The notes under the pieces: model-generated
Told to the model about the DNA's origin: nothing
Database searches by the model: none
Seen by the model: the letters and a program-made list of their open reading frames with translations, nothing else
DNA from: an uncultured delta proteobacterium
Lineage (GTDB): Bacteria > Myxococcota_A > Polyangia > Polyangiales > Polyangiaceae
Assembly (NCBI GenBank): GCA_963696385.1
Contig: CAVOKF010000007.1
Span: 32,001 to 96,000, forward strand
Length of the DNA stretch: 64,000 nucleotides
Reading direction: 5' to 3'
Made by a program: the position numbers and the translations under genes
Part shown: positions 52,916 to 62,789 of the stretch, in pieces
Numbering within the stretch: position 1 is the first letter of the stretch
Layout of the letters: the number at the start of each line of letters is the position of its first letter

Positions 52916-54433
52916 TCAGCCCTCGCCGGACGACGACAGCCGCGCCCGATGGTGAGAAACCCAGGGCGAGAGTGCGGGCGCGCTGTCGGGGCGTGTCTCG
53001 TTCGACCCGCGTTCGATGCGGGCGGCCGCCAGGGCCAGAGCGACGGCGATCGCGTCGCGGGCTTCGGGCGGCGTGGGCGCCGCGACCAGCAGATCGGCGC
53101 GGTGCCGATCGATGAATCCGGTGTCGTAACGCCCCAGCACGAAATCGGGGTGGGAAAAGAGCCGGTCGTGAAAGGCCAAATTCGTCCGAATTCCGGTGAT
53201 GACGTACTCGGAGAGCGCACGGCGCATTCGCGCGATCGCGCGATCCCGGGTCGGCGCCCACACGCTGAGCTTCGAGACGAGCGGATCGTAGTAACTCGAG
53301 ATCGTGCAACCAGCATAGGCGCCTCCGTCATCGCGAACGCCGGGTCCCGCGGGGACGACGAGCTCGCCGATGACCCCGGGCGACGGTAGAAACGTCACGG
53401 GATCTTCGGCGTATACGCGGCACTCGATCGCCGCTCCCCTTCTCGAAAGGTCCTCTTGCCCGAAGCCGAGCGGTTCGCCCTGCGCGATGCGCACCATTTC
53501 TCGCACCAGATCGAGCCCGGTGACCAGCTCGGTGATGGGGTGCTCCACCTGCAGACGCGTGTTCATCTCGAGAAAATAAAAGTCCCCGTCGGGCGTCACC
53601 AAGAACTCGAACGTGCCGGCACTGAAGTAGCCGACGCTCTTCGCGCCGCGGACCGCGATCGCCCCCATGCGGGCGACTTGATCGGCCGATGCGCCGGGGC
53701 TCGGGGTCTCTTCGACGACCTTCTGGTTGCGCCGCTGGATCGAGCAGTCGCGCTCGAACGCGTGGACGACGTTCCCATCGCGATCGCCCAACACTTGAAT
53801 CTCGACGTGACGCGGCCGGTCGAGCGCCTTCTCGAGATACACCGTGTCGTCGCCGAAGAATTTCTTGGCTTCGCTGCGCGCCCGCTCCCAAGCACCGCGC
53901 ATGTCCTCGGCGCCCGCCACGAGCCGCATTCCTTTGCCGCCTCCGCCCGAGGCGGCCTTCAACAGAACGGGAAAGCCGATTTCGTTGGCCCTGACGAAGG
54001 CTTCGTCGAGCGTACCGCACCGGGCGCCCGGCACGATCGGTACGCCTGCGGCGGCCATGGCATCGCGGGCCGACGTCTTGTTGCCCATGACGCGCATCGC
54101 GCCGGCCGGCGGCCCGATGAACGCGATGCCCTCGCGCTCGCACGCCTCCGGCAAGGCCGGGTTCTCGCTGAGAAAGCCATATCCCGGGTGGATGGCGTCG
54201 CAGCCGGTCTTCTTCGCGACATCGACGATTCGGTCGACTCTCAAGTAGCTTTCGGTGGCCCGCGCCGACCCAATCGGATGCGCCTCGTCGGCCACGCGAA
54301 CGTGCAGCGAAGCGCGATCGACCTCGGAGTATACGGCGACGACGCCGATGCCCATTTCTCGCAGGGTTCGAGCGATGCGGACGGCAATTTCGCCCCGGTT
54401 GGCGACGAGGACCTTACGAAAGGAGGAGTGCAC
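52916..54433 (-). CDS. accC: Biotin carboxylase subunit of an acetyl/propionyl-CoA carboxylase
   Basis: KVLVANRGEIA, HPGYGFLSEN, KAASGGGGKGMR, ERDCSIQRRNQK, EMNTRLQVEH, YYDPLVSK. Confidence 0.93.
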   Translation of the reverse strand: MHSSFRKVLVANRGEIAVRIARTLREMGIGVVAVYSEVDRASLHVRVADEAHPIGSARATESYLRVDRIVDVAKKTGCDAIHPGYGFLSENPALPEACEREGIAFIGPPAGAMRVMGNKTSARDAMAAAGVPIVPGARCGTLDEAFVRANEIGFPVLLKAASGGGGKGMRLVAGAEDMRGAWERARSEAKKFFGDDTVYLEKALDRPRHVEIQVLGDRDGNVVHAFERDCSIQRRNQKVVEETPSPGASADQVARMGAIAVRGAKSVGYFSAGTFEFLVTPDGDFYFLEMNTRLQVEHPITELVTGLDLVREMVRIAQGEPLGFGQEDLSRRGAAIECRVYAEDPVTFLPSPGVIGELVVPAGPGVRDDGGAYAGCTISSYYDPLVSKLSVWAPTRDRAIARMRRALSEYVITGIRTNLAFHDRLFSHPDFVLGRYDTGFIDRHRADLLVAAPTPPEARDAIAVALALAAARIERGSNETRPDSAPALSPWVSHHRARLSSSGEG

Positions 54434-54505
54434 GATAGCGTCCCATGGCGCCATACCGCGAACCGCGCATCGGGCCAAGCACCGGACGTGCTAGATGGCT
54501 GTCTC

Positions 54506-55915
54506 GTGCCCGAGGATCGTAGCCTTTCCTTCGACTTCGCGCCGAAGTCGACGAAGCCTATGGACCCCGAGCCGCGGCCGCTCACGGTCGCGGAGCTCGA
54601 CCGAGCCGTTCGGGCGGCCATCGACGAGGCTTTCGCGGGATCGGTGTGGGTCGAAGGCGAGGTGGCGGATGCGCGTCCGGCGCCCAGCGGGCACCTCTAT
54701 TTCTGCCTCAAGGACGAGCGAGAGGACGCCATGATCGACGCGGTGGTGTACCGATCGAGCGTCACGCCCCGGGTGCGGCAGCTGGCCGTCGACGGGGCGC
54801 GCGTCCGGCTCAGGGGCAAGCCGACGTTCTGGGCGCCGCGCGGGCGGCTTCAGTTGGTCGCCGACCGTGTGCAGGCGGCAGGGCGAGGGGCTCTGCTCGA
54901 GGCGCTCGAGCGTCTGCGCACCAAGCTCGCCGCCGAAGGTCTGTTCGCTGCCGAGCGCAAACGCCCTCTGCCGAGCGAGCCGCGCCGGATCGGTGTGGTG
55001 ACCAGCCCCTCCGGGGCCGTCATCCACGACATCTGCCGCGTCGCCTTCCGCAGAGGCGGCGCGCGCATTCTGCTTTCGCCCGCGCACGTGCAAGGAGCGG
55101 CCGCCGTCGAGTCGATTTGCCACGCCCTCGGCCAGTTGCAGCGGGTCTTCGACGTCGACGTCATCGTCGTCGGACGGGGCGGCGGGTCGGCCGACGACTT
55201 GAGCGCCTTCAACGACGAGGCCGTCGTGCGAGCGGTGGTCGCGTGCCGAGTCCCGGTGGTGAGCGCGGTCGGGCACGACGTCGACGTGACGCTCGTCGAC
55301 TTCGCGGCCGATGCGCGCGCCGCTACGCCGTCGCAAGCCGCCGAACTCGTCGTGCCGGACCGCCGTGCTCGGCTCGAGCTTCTGCGGCGCACTCAAATGC
55401 ATCTCGCCCGCGCCATGCATTCGCAGCTCGCGCGCAACCACGTGGCCTTCATTCGCGTCGCGCGACGACTGGGCGATCCACGGCTCGCGATCTCGGCCCA
55501 CCAGCAAACGCTCGACGACCTCGCAGCCCGGATCGCCGCGCGCGTCCGCAGCACGGCCCAGCGCCGTCGTGACACTCTGGCGCGGCTGCAGCAGCGCCTC
55601 GCGTACCTGCACCCGCGCGCGGTCGTCGCCCGGGAAGGGGCGCAGCTGTCGCGCGCCCACGATCGGCTCCGATCGGCGTGGGCCGCCACCCACGAGCGAC
55701 GCGTCTCGGCGCTCGCGCGCGCGACGGCGCGCCTGCACGCGTTGAGCCCCTTGTCCGTGCTGGCTCGAGGCTACGCGATCGCGACGCGCGAAGACGGCCG
55801 GGCGGTTCGGTCGACCGACGACGTACGGGCCGGCGACGGCATCCAGTTGCGCGTGCACGAAGCGCGAATCGACGCCCAGGTCCTCGGAGTCGAGCCTCTG
55901 GTAGGCCCACGATGA
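54506..55915 (+). CDS. xseA: Exodeoxyribonuclease VII large subunit
   Basis: VWVEGEV, SGHLYFCLKD, GVVTSPSGAVIHD, VQG, RGGGSADDL..FNDE, SAVGHDVD, TPSQAAE, LSPLSVLARGYA. Start 54506 (GTG) or 54560. Confidence 0.95.
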   Translation: MPEDRSLSFDFAPKSTKPMDPEPRPLTVAELDRAVRAAIDEAFAGSVWVEGEVADARPAPSGHLYFCLKDEREDAMIDAVVYRSSVTPRVRQLAVDGARVRLRGKPTFWAPRGRLQLVADRVQAAGRGALLEALERLRTKLAAEGLFAAERKRPLPSEPRRIGVVTSPSGAVIHDICRVAFRRGGARILLSPAHVQGAAAVESICHALGQLQRVFDVDVIVVGRGGGSADDLSAFNDEAVVRAVVACRVPVVSAVGHDVDVTLVDFAADARAATPSQAAELVVPDRRARLELLRRTQMHLARAMHSQLARNHVAFIRVARRLGDPRLAISAHQQTLDDLAARIAARVRSTAQRRRDTLARLQQRLAYLHPRAVVAREGAQLSRAHDRLRSAWAATHERRVSALARATARLHALSPLSVLARGYAIATREDGRAVRSTDDVRAGDGIQLRVHEARIDAQVLGVEPLVGPR

Positions 55916-56760
55916 CCGTACGCCGATTCGCCGTCGTGGGCGACCCGGTCGCCCATTCGAAAAGCCCCGTCATGCATGCCGCGGCGTTCCGGGCGCTGGG
56001 TCTGCCGCACACCTACGAGGCCGTCCGTGCGACACCGACGGAGCTGCCGGCCGTCGTCATGGGCCTGCGCGAGGGCCGCTACGACGGGCTCAACGTGACG
56101 GTGCCGCACAAGCAGAGCGTGCTGTCGCTCGTCGACCTGCTCGATGACGGCGCGCGCGTGGCCGGAGCGGCCAATACCCTCGTGCGTCGCGCCGACGGCG
56201 CGATCGTGGCCCACAACACGGACGCTCCTGCGCTCGCGGCCGAAGTGATCCGTATCGCGGGCGCTGCCCGCCCCTGGCCGCAAGCCCGCGCCCTCGTCGT
56301 CGGATCCGGCGGAGCCGCCCGGGCCGCCGTGGTCGCACTCGGAGTGCACCTCGGCGTACGCGACATCGTGGCGCGCGCGCGATCGTTTGCCGATCGATCC
56401 CGGCGCGAAGCGTTCATCGCCACCCTGCCGTGCCCGGTGACGCCCCAGCCCTGGGAGCCATGGCCGTCGAGCGAAGCGCGCACGGGCGCGCTGATTCAGG
56501 CGACGAGCGCGGGGATGCACGGCGCGGACCCCGGCGAGACGGTCCGCGACGTGGTGGCGTGGGACGCCCTGCCCGCGGACGCGGTCGGAATCGACGTCGT
56601 CTACAACCCGAGAGACACCCCCTGGCTTCGCGCCGCGCGCGACCGGGGTCTATCGTGTGACGACGGTCTCGGGATGCTGGCAGCCCAAGGAGCTCTCGCC
56701 CTCACGCTTTGGCTGGGGATCGAAGCCCCGCTCCGCGCCATGCGCGCGGCCCTCGAATAG
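55912..56760 (+). CDS. aroE: Shikimate dehydrogenase
   Basis: GDPVAHSKSPVMH, GLNVTVPHK, GAANT, HNTD, GSGGAARA, DVVYNPRDT, GLGMLAAQG. Confidence 0.95.
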   Translation: MTVRRFAVVGDPVAHSKSPVMHAAAFRALGLPHTYEAVRATPTELPAVVMGLREGRYDGLNVTVPHKQSVLSLVDLLDDGARVAGAANTLVRRADGAIVAHNTDAPALAAEVIRIAGAARPWPQARALVVGSGGAARAAVVALGVHLGVRDIVARARSFADRSRREAFIATLPCPVTPQPWEPWPSSEARTGALIQATSAGMHGADPGETVRDVVAWDALPADAVGIDVVYNPRDTPWLRAARDRGLSCDDGLGMLAAQGALALTLWLGIEAPLRAMRAALE

Positions 56761-56831
56761 CCGTGCGCCCTCCCGACGACGGCAGCGCGGGCTCGCTTGT
56801 CTCCCGATCCGTCCGTCCTATTTTGTCCCCG

Positions 56832-57788
56832 GTGCCCCGCAACGGTCAGCGCCTCGGGTATCGGCGGATCGTCCAGCTCTTGGTCTACCTGGTCATCGTG
56901 CCGACCGTGCTGATCCTGCTTCTGGGGATCGTGCTCATGTTCCTCGGCAACGTCGCGAACCTCCTGTTCGGAGTGCTGACCGTCAGCTTCGTGCTCGCGG
57001 TGGTGACCGGCGTCACGCTGGTGCTCGTGTTCTTACGCCGCGAGGCGAACCTCAGCGAGCTTCAGTCCGATTTCGTCTCGAAGGTCAGCCACGAGCTCCG
57101 AACGCCTCTGACCAGCATTCGCCTGTTCGTCGAGACGCTGGCACGGTCGCGCGGCGATCGCGCCACACAGGACGCGGTGCTCGACGCTCTGGCGGCCGAG
57201 ACCGAGAGGCTGACGCAGCTCATCGAGCGGCTGCTCGACTGGGGCCGCATGGAGGCCGGACGCAAGCAGTTCGACTTGCACGAGGAGCACGTGAAAGACG
57301 TGGTGGACGAAGCGGTCCAGGCGTTCCAGCCCCTGCGCGGTCGCCACCCCGATCTCGACTTCGCCGTCGACGTCGAGCCCGGCTTGCCCACGGTGAACGT
57401 GGACATCGAAGCCATGGTGGACGCGATCGGGAACTTGCTCTCGAACGCGCTCAAATACGGCGGCAACCCTCCCGCCGTTCGCCTCCGAGCCCGCCGGACG
57501 AGCGACGGCGTCGCCCTCGAAGTGAGCGACAACGGCGGCGGAATTCCGCACGGCGAGCACCGCCGCATCTTCGACAAGTTCTACCGCATCGACGATCGGC
57601 TCTCGCGCATGCGGGAAGGCAGCGGTCTCGGCCTGGCCATCGTCAAGCACATCGTGCGAGCCCATCACGGGCGCATCCTGCTCGAGAGCGCGACCGGGAC
57701 GGGATCGACGTTTCGCATCGTGCTGCCGCCGAGCACTCCGCGCGTGCCCTCGGCTTCGACGCCGCCGGTTGCCGCGAAAGGGACCTGA
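56832..57788 (+). CDS. Membrane sensor histidine kinase (two TM segments, minimal sensor loop)
   Basis: SHELRTPLTSI, NLLSNALKY, DNGGGI, FDKFYR, GSGLGL. GTG start inferred. Confidence 0.92.
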   Translation: MPRNGQRLGYRRIVQLLVYLVIVPTVLILLLGIVLMFLGNVANLLFGVLTVSFVLAVVTGVTLVLVFLRREANLSELQSDFVSKVSHELRTPLTSIRLFVETLARSRGDRATQDAVLDALAAETERLTQLIERLLDWGRMEAGRKQFDLHEEHVKDVVDEAVQAFQPLRGRHPDLDFAVDVEPGLPTVNVDIEAMVDAIGNLLSNALKYGGNPPAVRLRARRTSDGVALEVSDNGGGIPHGEHRRIFDKFYRIDDRLSRMREGSGLGLAIVKHIVRAHHGRILLESATGTGSTFRIVLPPSTPRVPSASTPPVAAKGT

Positions 57789-58495
57789 TGGCGACCAAGC
57801 CGGGGCCGCGACGACGGGTGCTCGTCGTCGAAGACGATCCGAGCATCGCGCTCGGTCTGCGCATCAACCTCGAGGGGGAAGGATACGAGGTGTCCTTGGC
57901 GGAGGACGGCGAGCGCGCGCTGACCCTTGCCCGCGAAGAGCGGCCCGACCTGGTCATTTTGGACGTGATGCTGCCCAAGATGAACGGCTTGCAGGTGTTG
58001 CAGACGCTCCGTCGAGAAGGACTGCTGATGCCGATCATCATGTTGAGCGCGCGGACCGGCGAGATGGACAAGGTCGCCGGGCTGGAGCTCGGCGCCGAAG
58101 ACTACGTGGCCAAACCGTTCAGCCTCGCCGAGCTGCTCGCCCGCGTTCGCGCCGCGCTTCGCCGAGGACCTCTCACGCCCGAGTCGGCGCCTCGGTCGAT
58201 TCACCATTTCGGGGACATTCACGTCGACGCCGCCGCGCGCACGGTCACCCGTGCCGGCGAGCGCGTCGACATCACCGCGACCGAGTTCGACGTCCTGCTC
58301 TGCCTCATCGAGGCGGCCGGCAAGGCTCTCGGACGCGAGGAGATTTTTTCACGGGTCTGGGGGCCCAATCACCACGGGACGCCGCGCACGATCGACAACT
58401 TCGTCCAGCAACTGCGCGCCAAGCTCGAGCCGGACCCGCAGAAGCCGCGCTACGTGCTCACGGTGCGGGGCATCGGGTATCGGTTCGACGCCTGA
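57788..58495 (+). CDS. OmpR-family response regulator
   Basis: LVVEDD, DVMLPKMNG, KPF, RTIDNFVQQLRAKLE, TVRGIGYRF. TGATG overlap with the kinase. Confidence 0.93.
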   Translation: MATKPGPRRRVLVVEDDPSIALGLRINLEGEGYEVSLAEDGERALTLAREERPDLVILDVMLPKMNGLQVLQTLRREGLLMPIIMLSARTGEMDKVAGLELGAEDYVAKPFSLAELLARVRAALRRGPLTPESAPRSIHHFGDIHVDAAARTVTRAGERVDITATEFDVLLCLIEAAGKALGREEIFSRVWGPNHHGTPRTIDNFVQQLRAKLEPDPQKPRYVLTVRGIGYRFDA

Positions 58496-58681
58496 TCGGC
58501 CCCGACGGCGAGCGCGAAGCCGCGTGTTCGCGGCGGCGGGCGAGCGACACCCGGTGAGGTTCCCGGTTTTTCTCATCGGCATGCGCGTCAATCGGTGGTG
58601 GAAATCCACCCATGGCTCCGCTTTTCGGGCGCATTCCAAAGGCGGATTCGCTGGCCGATTTAGCTAAGCTAATATGAAGTC

Positions 58682-58942
58682 ATGGCGAAGGTCGTCAACA
58701 TGCACGAAGCTAAAAGTACCTTGTCGCACCTCGTCGAACAGGCCGAAGCGGGTGAGGACATCGTGATCGCGCGCGCGGGCAAACCCATTGTGCGGCTCGT
58801 GCCCGTCGCCGCGGCGGCGCGCCGCCGCTTGAGCGCGCCGTGGAAGGGCAAAGTCACTTACTCCGAAGGATGGGACGCGCCGATGACGCCGGAGGAGATC
58901 GCCCTCTGGAACGACGGTCCGGTGTTTCCGCCAGGCCAATGA
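58682..58942 (+). CDS. Phd/YefM-family antitoxin
   Basis: VNMHEAKSTLSHLVEQAEAGEDIVIARAGKPIVRLVP. ATGA-coupled to a PIN toxin. Confidence 0.92.
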   Translation: MAKVVNMHEAKSTLSHLVEQAEAGEDIVIARAGKPIVRLVPVAAAARRRLSAPWKGKVTYSEGWDAPMTPEEIALWNDGPVFPPGQ

Positions 58943-59054
58943 AGCTCCTGCTGGATACCCATGCGCTCATCTGGGTGTTCGAGGGCAACCGACAGCTTTC
59001 GAAACCGCGCGTCTCGCCGTCGCGGACCCGGCCAACACGATCCTCGTAAGCGTG
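58939..59054 (+). pseudogene. vapC: Truncated VapC/PIN toxin (N-terminus only, with a frameshift)
   Basis: MKLLLDTHALIWVFEGNRQLSK; after adding one A, TARLAVADPANTILVS. Similarity stops before the expected SxWE motif. Confidence 0.8.
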
Positions 59055-59055
59055 T

Positions 59056-59172
59056 ATCCGCGCAGGCCTTGCCGAGCTTGACCATGGTGAGGGGCGCACC
59101 CTTACCTCGGAGGAGGTGCAGAGGCTGGCCGAAAGCGGCGAGTGGCCTGAGTGGTGCGACTCGTCAAGCTAA
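59056..59172 (+). pseudogene. C-terminal fragment of a second antitoxin-like gene
   Basis: IRAGLAELDHGEGRTLTSEEVQRLAESGEWPEWCDSSS* has no start and overlaps the following GTG start, as in type II TA operons. Confidence 0.5.
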
Positions 59173-59279
59173 CGTCCAGCTTTCTCGCCCACCGCGCTGC
59201 ATGCGGAGTGATTCGCTCTTCCCCGGCGGCAGAAGCTCTCGGCCGCGCGATCGCGGCCCTGAGCCGACACGCTCGTGCC
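59151..59279 (+). pseudogene. N-terminus of a putative RelE/ParE-like toxin cut by the IS
   Basis: MVRLVKLTSSFLAHRAA...AEALGRAIAALSRH ends exactly at the IS inverted repeat. Confidence 0.4.
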
Positions 59280-60388
59280 GGCTACTTCGCCGATAGGGCC
59301 GAAATACTGCGTTTCACGCGACTCGCCGGTAGTCATGATGAAGCCCGCCGAGACTGGGAGCGCGACGATGTTGCCCTCGGGAGGGCGCAACGCGGGCACG
59401 GGTGTCTGCTGGCGAAGCGCCTGGTGAGGGCGTGCGGCGTTGAAGTAGCGGATGTACTCGGTGACCACGCGGTGCAAGTGGCGGTCGCCAAGCACCAGGA
59501 TGTGGTCGAGGCACTCGCGACGCAGCGAGCCGAGAAAGCGTTCGCAGATGGCGTTCATGTTGGGGGCGCGCACGGCCGTGCGGATCACGCGGATGCCGGT
59601 GGCAAGGGCCAGCGCATCAAGCGCGGTCCCAAACTTGTCGTCTCGGTCGCGAATCAAGAACTTCGGTGCCACGCCGAGGGGGGTCGCGTTGCGAAGCTGC
59701 TGCGCGACCCATGCCTGCGACGGCATGCGCGTCGTTGTGGCGAACACGACGTTGCGCGTGGCCAGTTCGATGAACACGAGCGTGAAGATGGGGCGGAAGA
59801 ACAAGTCGTAGGCTTGCAAGAAATCGCAAGCCCAGACGTTGCAGGCATGGTTTCGCACAAACGTGGACCAGCGCTGCCCTCCAGGCGGATGTGTTCGCGC
59901 GGCGCGCATGTACTTCTGCACCGTGCGCTTGCTGGCTTTGATTCCGAGCTTGAGCAATTCTCCGCGAATCCGCTCGGCCCCCCACAGCGCGTTTTCGCGC
60001 GCCATCGTGCGGATCAGCGCCACGGTCTCGGCCGCGATGCGCAACGTGCACCCGGGCCGACTGCGCCAGCGCCACAGAGCCTTGAAGCCCGCGCGGTGCC
60101 AGCGAAGAAGCGTCTCGGGTTGGACCACTCGCACCACGTTCCTCCACGTCGGCGTGATGCCGGCGAGTGCCACCAGCACGATCCGGTCGAGCCGCGTCAC
60201 GCGCGGTCGGGCGACCGACCGGTGCAGCACGGTGAGTTGGTGTCGGAGCAAGGCGATCTCGGTGAGCAACGACCGTCGCGAGCGAAACAGGTCGACCACT
60301 GCGGCGGCGAGAACGGTCACGATGGCGAACATCGTGCGCGAACATAGCGCTGTCCCCAGCGCATTTTCGGCGGATCGGCGAAGTAGCC
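59280..60388 (-). mobile_element. Insertion sequence (about 1.1 kb) with an rve/integrase-core DDE transposase and about 28-bp imperfect terminal IRs
   Basis: Left end GGCTACTTCGCCGATAGGGCCGAAATACTGC; right end (reverse complement) GGCTACTTCGCCGATCCGCCGAAAATGC. No flanking direct repeat seen. Confidence 0.8.
59314..60332 (-). CDS. Integrase-core (rve) DDE transposase; -1 frameshift near 59355 in the last codons
   Basis: LRHQL, VQPETLLRWHR, WGAERIRGELLKLG, WACDF, LIRDRDDKF, NAICERFLGSLRRECLD, YFNAARPHQAL. The terminal LGGLHHDYRRVA* lies in the adjacent frame. Confidence 0.88.
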
Positions 60389-60537
60389 AAGACGGGGGCT
60401 CTTCCCCGAACAGCGGGCGGCGGATGGTGAGCCAGTCGTCGGCGGACGCGCCGCCGCTCAAGCTACTCGCCGCTTCCGCGTCCACGGCATCTTGCGCCGG
60501 TCTGGGGTCAGGAGCTTTCCTCCAAACCCCAGCATCG

Positions 60538-60984
60538 TCACGCCGCGTGCTTGCGGAGGTACTCCAGCCCGCCCGGCACGTCCCTCAAGACGCGCAAGAG
60601 GACGTCCATCGCCGCCGTCTGGACGTTCCGCCCGGCCTCCCACCGCGAGAGCGTGTTCTGCCCGAGTCGGAGGAGCCGAGCCAGCTCGGACTGCGTGAGG
60701 CCGAACCGCTCGCGGAGGGACCGGATGTCCTCGGCGGTCAGGAGACCGTACTTCTTCCGGTACAAGTCGAGCGCGTGCTCTCGAAGCCGACGTGCGTCAT
60801 CAGCCCGGAGGACCGGGTCGTGACCCTTGGGGCAGGCGAGGTGCGAGGCGTCAGCCACACGGACGTCCTCGCCGTTGACGGGGAAAGCGAGCTTGCCCCG
60901 CTTCTCCTTCATCGGTGTCCCGCACACCGGGCACGCATCCGGCGAGAGCGCTGAGCGTGAGCTACGGGCCGTGGTCTTCTTCAT
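60538..60984 (-). CDS. mqsA: MqsA-family antitoxin (Zn ribbon plus Cro/C1 HTH)
   Basis: CPVCG...CPKGH, YRKKYGLLTAEDIRSLRERFGLTQSELARLL..GQNTLSRWEAG. Confidence 0.88.
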   Translation of the reverse strand: MKKTTARSSRSALSPDACPVCGTPMKEKRGKLAFPVNGEDVRVADASHLACPKGHDPVLRADDARRLREHALDLYRKKYGLLTAEDIRSLRERFGLTQSELARLLRLGQNTLSRWEAGRNVQTAAMDVLLRVLRDVPGGLEYLRKHAA

Positions 60985-61285
60985 CGTCCACCTGCTCGTG
61001 AAAGGAGATGATGATGCACTCGGAGCGGAGCAAAACCTTGATGTAGAGGTGCTCGTCGTCCACGCGCGAGACGAACACGTAGAGCCACTCGCGCGTGCCC
61101 TGAGACCTCAGCCGGCCACGACATTCGCTCGCTCGGAGTCGCCGAAGCACGTCGCAGGCGTCCGCCTCGTCCAGGCCCACTTCGAGCGAGGCAAGCTCCC
61201 GCAGCGCCTTGAGGGTGAACCGGACCCTGCCGCGCGCAGCAAGTTCGTGAATCCGCTTGAGAACAACGGGGAGCCATCGGGGCAT
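60962..61285 (-). CDS. MqsR-like mRNA interferase toxin
   Basis: Lies upstream of and overlaps mqsA; FTLKALREL, WLYVF, LYIK, IISFHE. Confidence 0.78.
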   Translation of the reverse strand: MPRWLPVVLKRIHELAARGRVRFTLKALRELASLEVGLDEADACDVLRRLRASECRGRLRSQGTREWLYVFVSRVDDEHLYIKVLLRSECIIISFHEQVDDEEDHGP

Positions 61286-61399
61286 CGGCGGCGCCTTGGC
61301 CGTATGGTGAAACTTGTCATATGGTGAACGGGCTCGCAAGGGCCGAGCTTTGGGCGCCGAGGCCGAGCCTCAGGCGACCTTCCTTCCAGGTAGAGGGGT

Positions 61400-62166
61400 G
61401 CTTGCGCCGGTCGAGGGCGGGAGGTACGAGAATCACCAAGGAAATCGGGGGCTCGTCCGAAGTAGAGACCGAGCGGTTCGCCCCCGCGCAACGAAGAAAA
61501 CGCTGGTGTCACGCCAGACCTCCCGCTGCCGGACGATTCGGACCCCGATGGCGAAGGCCCGATACAGCCCGGACGGTCGTTCAGGTTCGGACACGTCGGC
61601 GTATACGAGGATCCAGACGCACACGAGTCCGCGTCGTTGAGTGGCGTGCACTGGGCCGGGGTACCGCCGAGAACCGAATAGACACATACCTGCCGCTGCG
61701 AGCAGGTCTGCGATCCGCACGTGTTCGGCGGCTGCGCGTCCGCCGGGGGAGCGCAGACCCCCATCTCCGCGCAGACGGTGCTCAATGCGCAGAGGCCGCA
61801 GCTTGGATCGCAGCAGTCGAGGCCGGGATCGCACCGCTTGGGACCGCACGCCACTCCGCCGTCCACGACGGCGTTCGGCGGTGCGTCTTCTCCGCCGTCG
61901 GCCGGTGCCCGAGCGTCTCCCTTTTCCGCGTCGGCCGGTGAGGCGTCGTACGGCGCACCGTCGGTCCCCGATTCGCCGTCGGATTCTGTCGAGCCCACGC
62001 TCGTATCACCGCCCTCTGTGGTTCCGCCGTGGGCGTCGTCGGCTGCGCTGCTGGTCGCGTCACCAGGGCCCGCGTCCATCATGTCAGGCCCGGCCGGGGA
62101 GCTGCCGCAGGACGCGGTGAGCGCGACAAGCAGCACGGAGGCGATGAGCGCTTGGCGTGAAAGCAC
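61400..62166 (-). CDS. Cys-rich lipoprotein; 3' end apparently disrupted (end coordinate approximate)
   Basis: Lipobox LTASC, a DAG-rich linker and Cys clusters (CGPKRCDPGLDCCDPSCGLC, CGSQTCSQRQVC). The ORF runs on to 61108 over the toxin gene in another frame. Confidence 0.6.
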
Positions 62167-62789
62167 AACCGACGACCAGCAAGCCGCGGACCAGGCGCGC
62201 CCATTGTGGCTCTCGCAAGACGGGAACTGACCTTACGTGCAAATCCCACGATCGGAATGTCGCGGTTGGCAGCTTGAACGATGTAGCGCGAGCCCCCCGA
62301 CCGACCGACACATGGGTGCATGGACGCAATCGTGATAAAAGTAATGGGTGTGAAACCGCATCCGTTCGATCGAAAGCGAATAGTCGCTCCAAAGCGTATC
62401 GGCCAACGAAGAGACCGGGAAACCGCCGCAGTCACATAAATAATACGCGATTGTGCGACTGCGCCCGTGACGCGTGCGATGAGCGTCGAGGCGTATCGGC
62501 GCAGTTGCTCAATCGTCCACTTGGACGGAGCCGCAGCGACAACGCTTCGGCACGCGATCTGCTCTTTAAAAGCGGGGAACTTGGCTCACGCGCCCGTGCT
62601 CGGAATACACCAATCACATGCCGGTTTCACGGGGCCGAAAAAATTCGCTGTCGGTATTCCCGTCGGCGATCGCGAACGCGCGCCGACGCTCAAGGACCTT
62701 GCTTTGAGCGTGTCCAATGCCCGCCCCTCGCTGGCGTGAGGGGCAGGTCAGACGAGCGTCGGCGAGTGCGCATGGCCAGCAGCACGAGC

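Noticed and set aside
59284..59300. dif/pdif site (ACTTCGC resembles the start of a XerC arm)
   Set aside because: No XerD arm (TTATGTTAAAT-like) at the required 6-bp spacing on either side.
62428..62462. Imperfect hairpin GCAGTCACA...TGTGCGACTGC with an AT-rich loop as an ncRNA or terminator
   Set aside because: No U-tract and no recognisable RNA family; at most a promoter-region operator.
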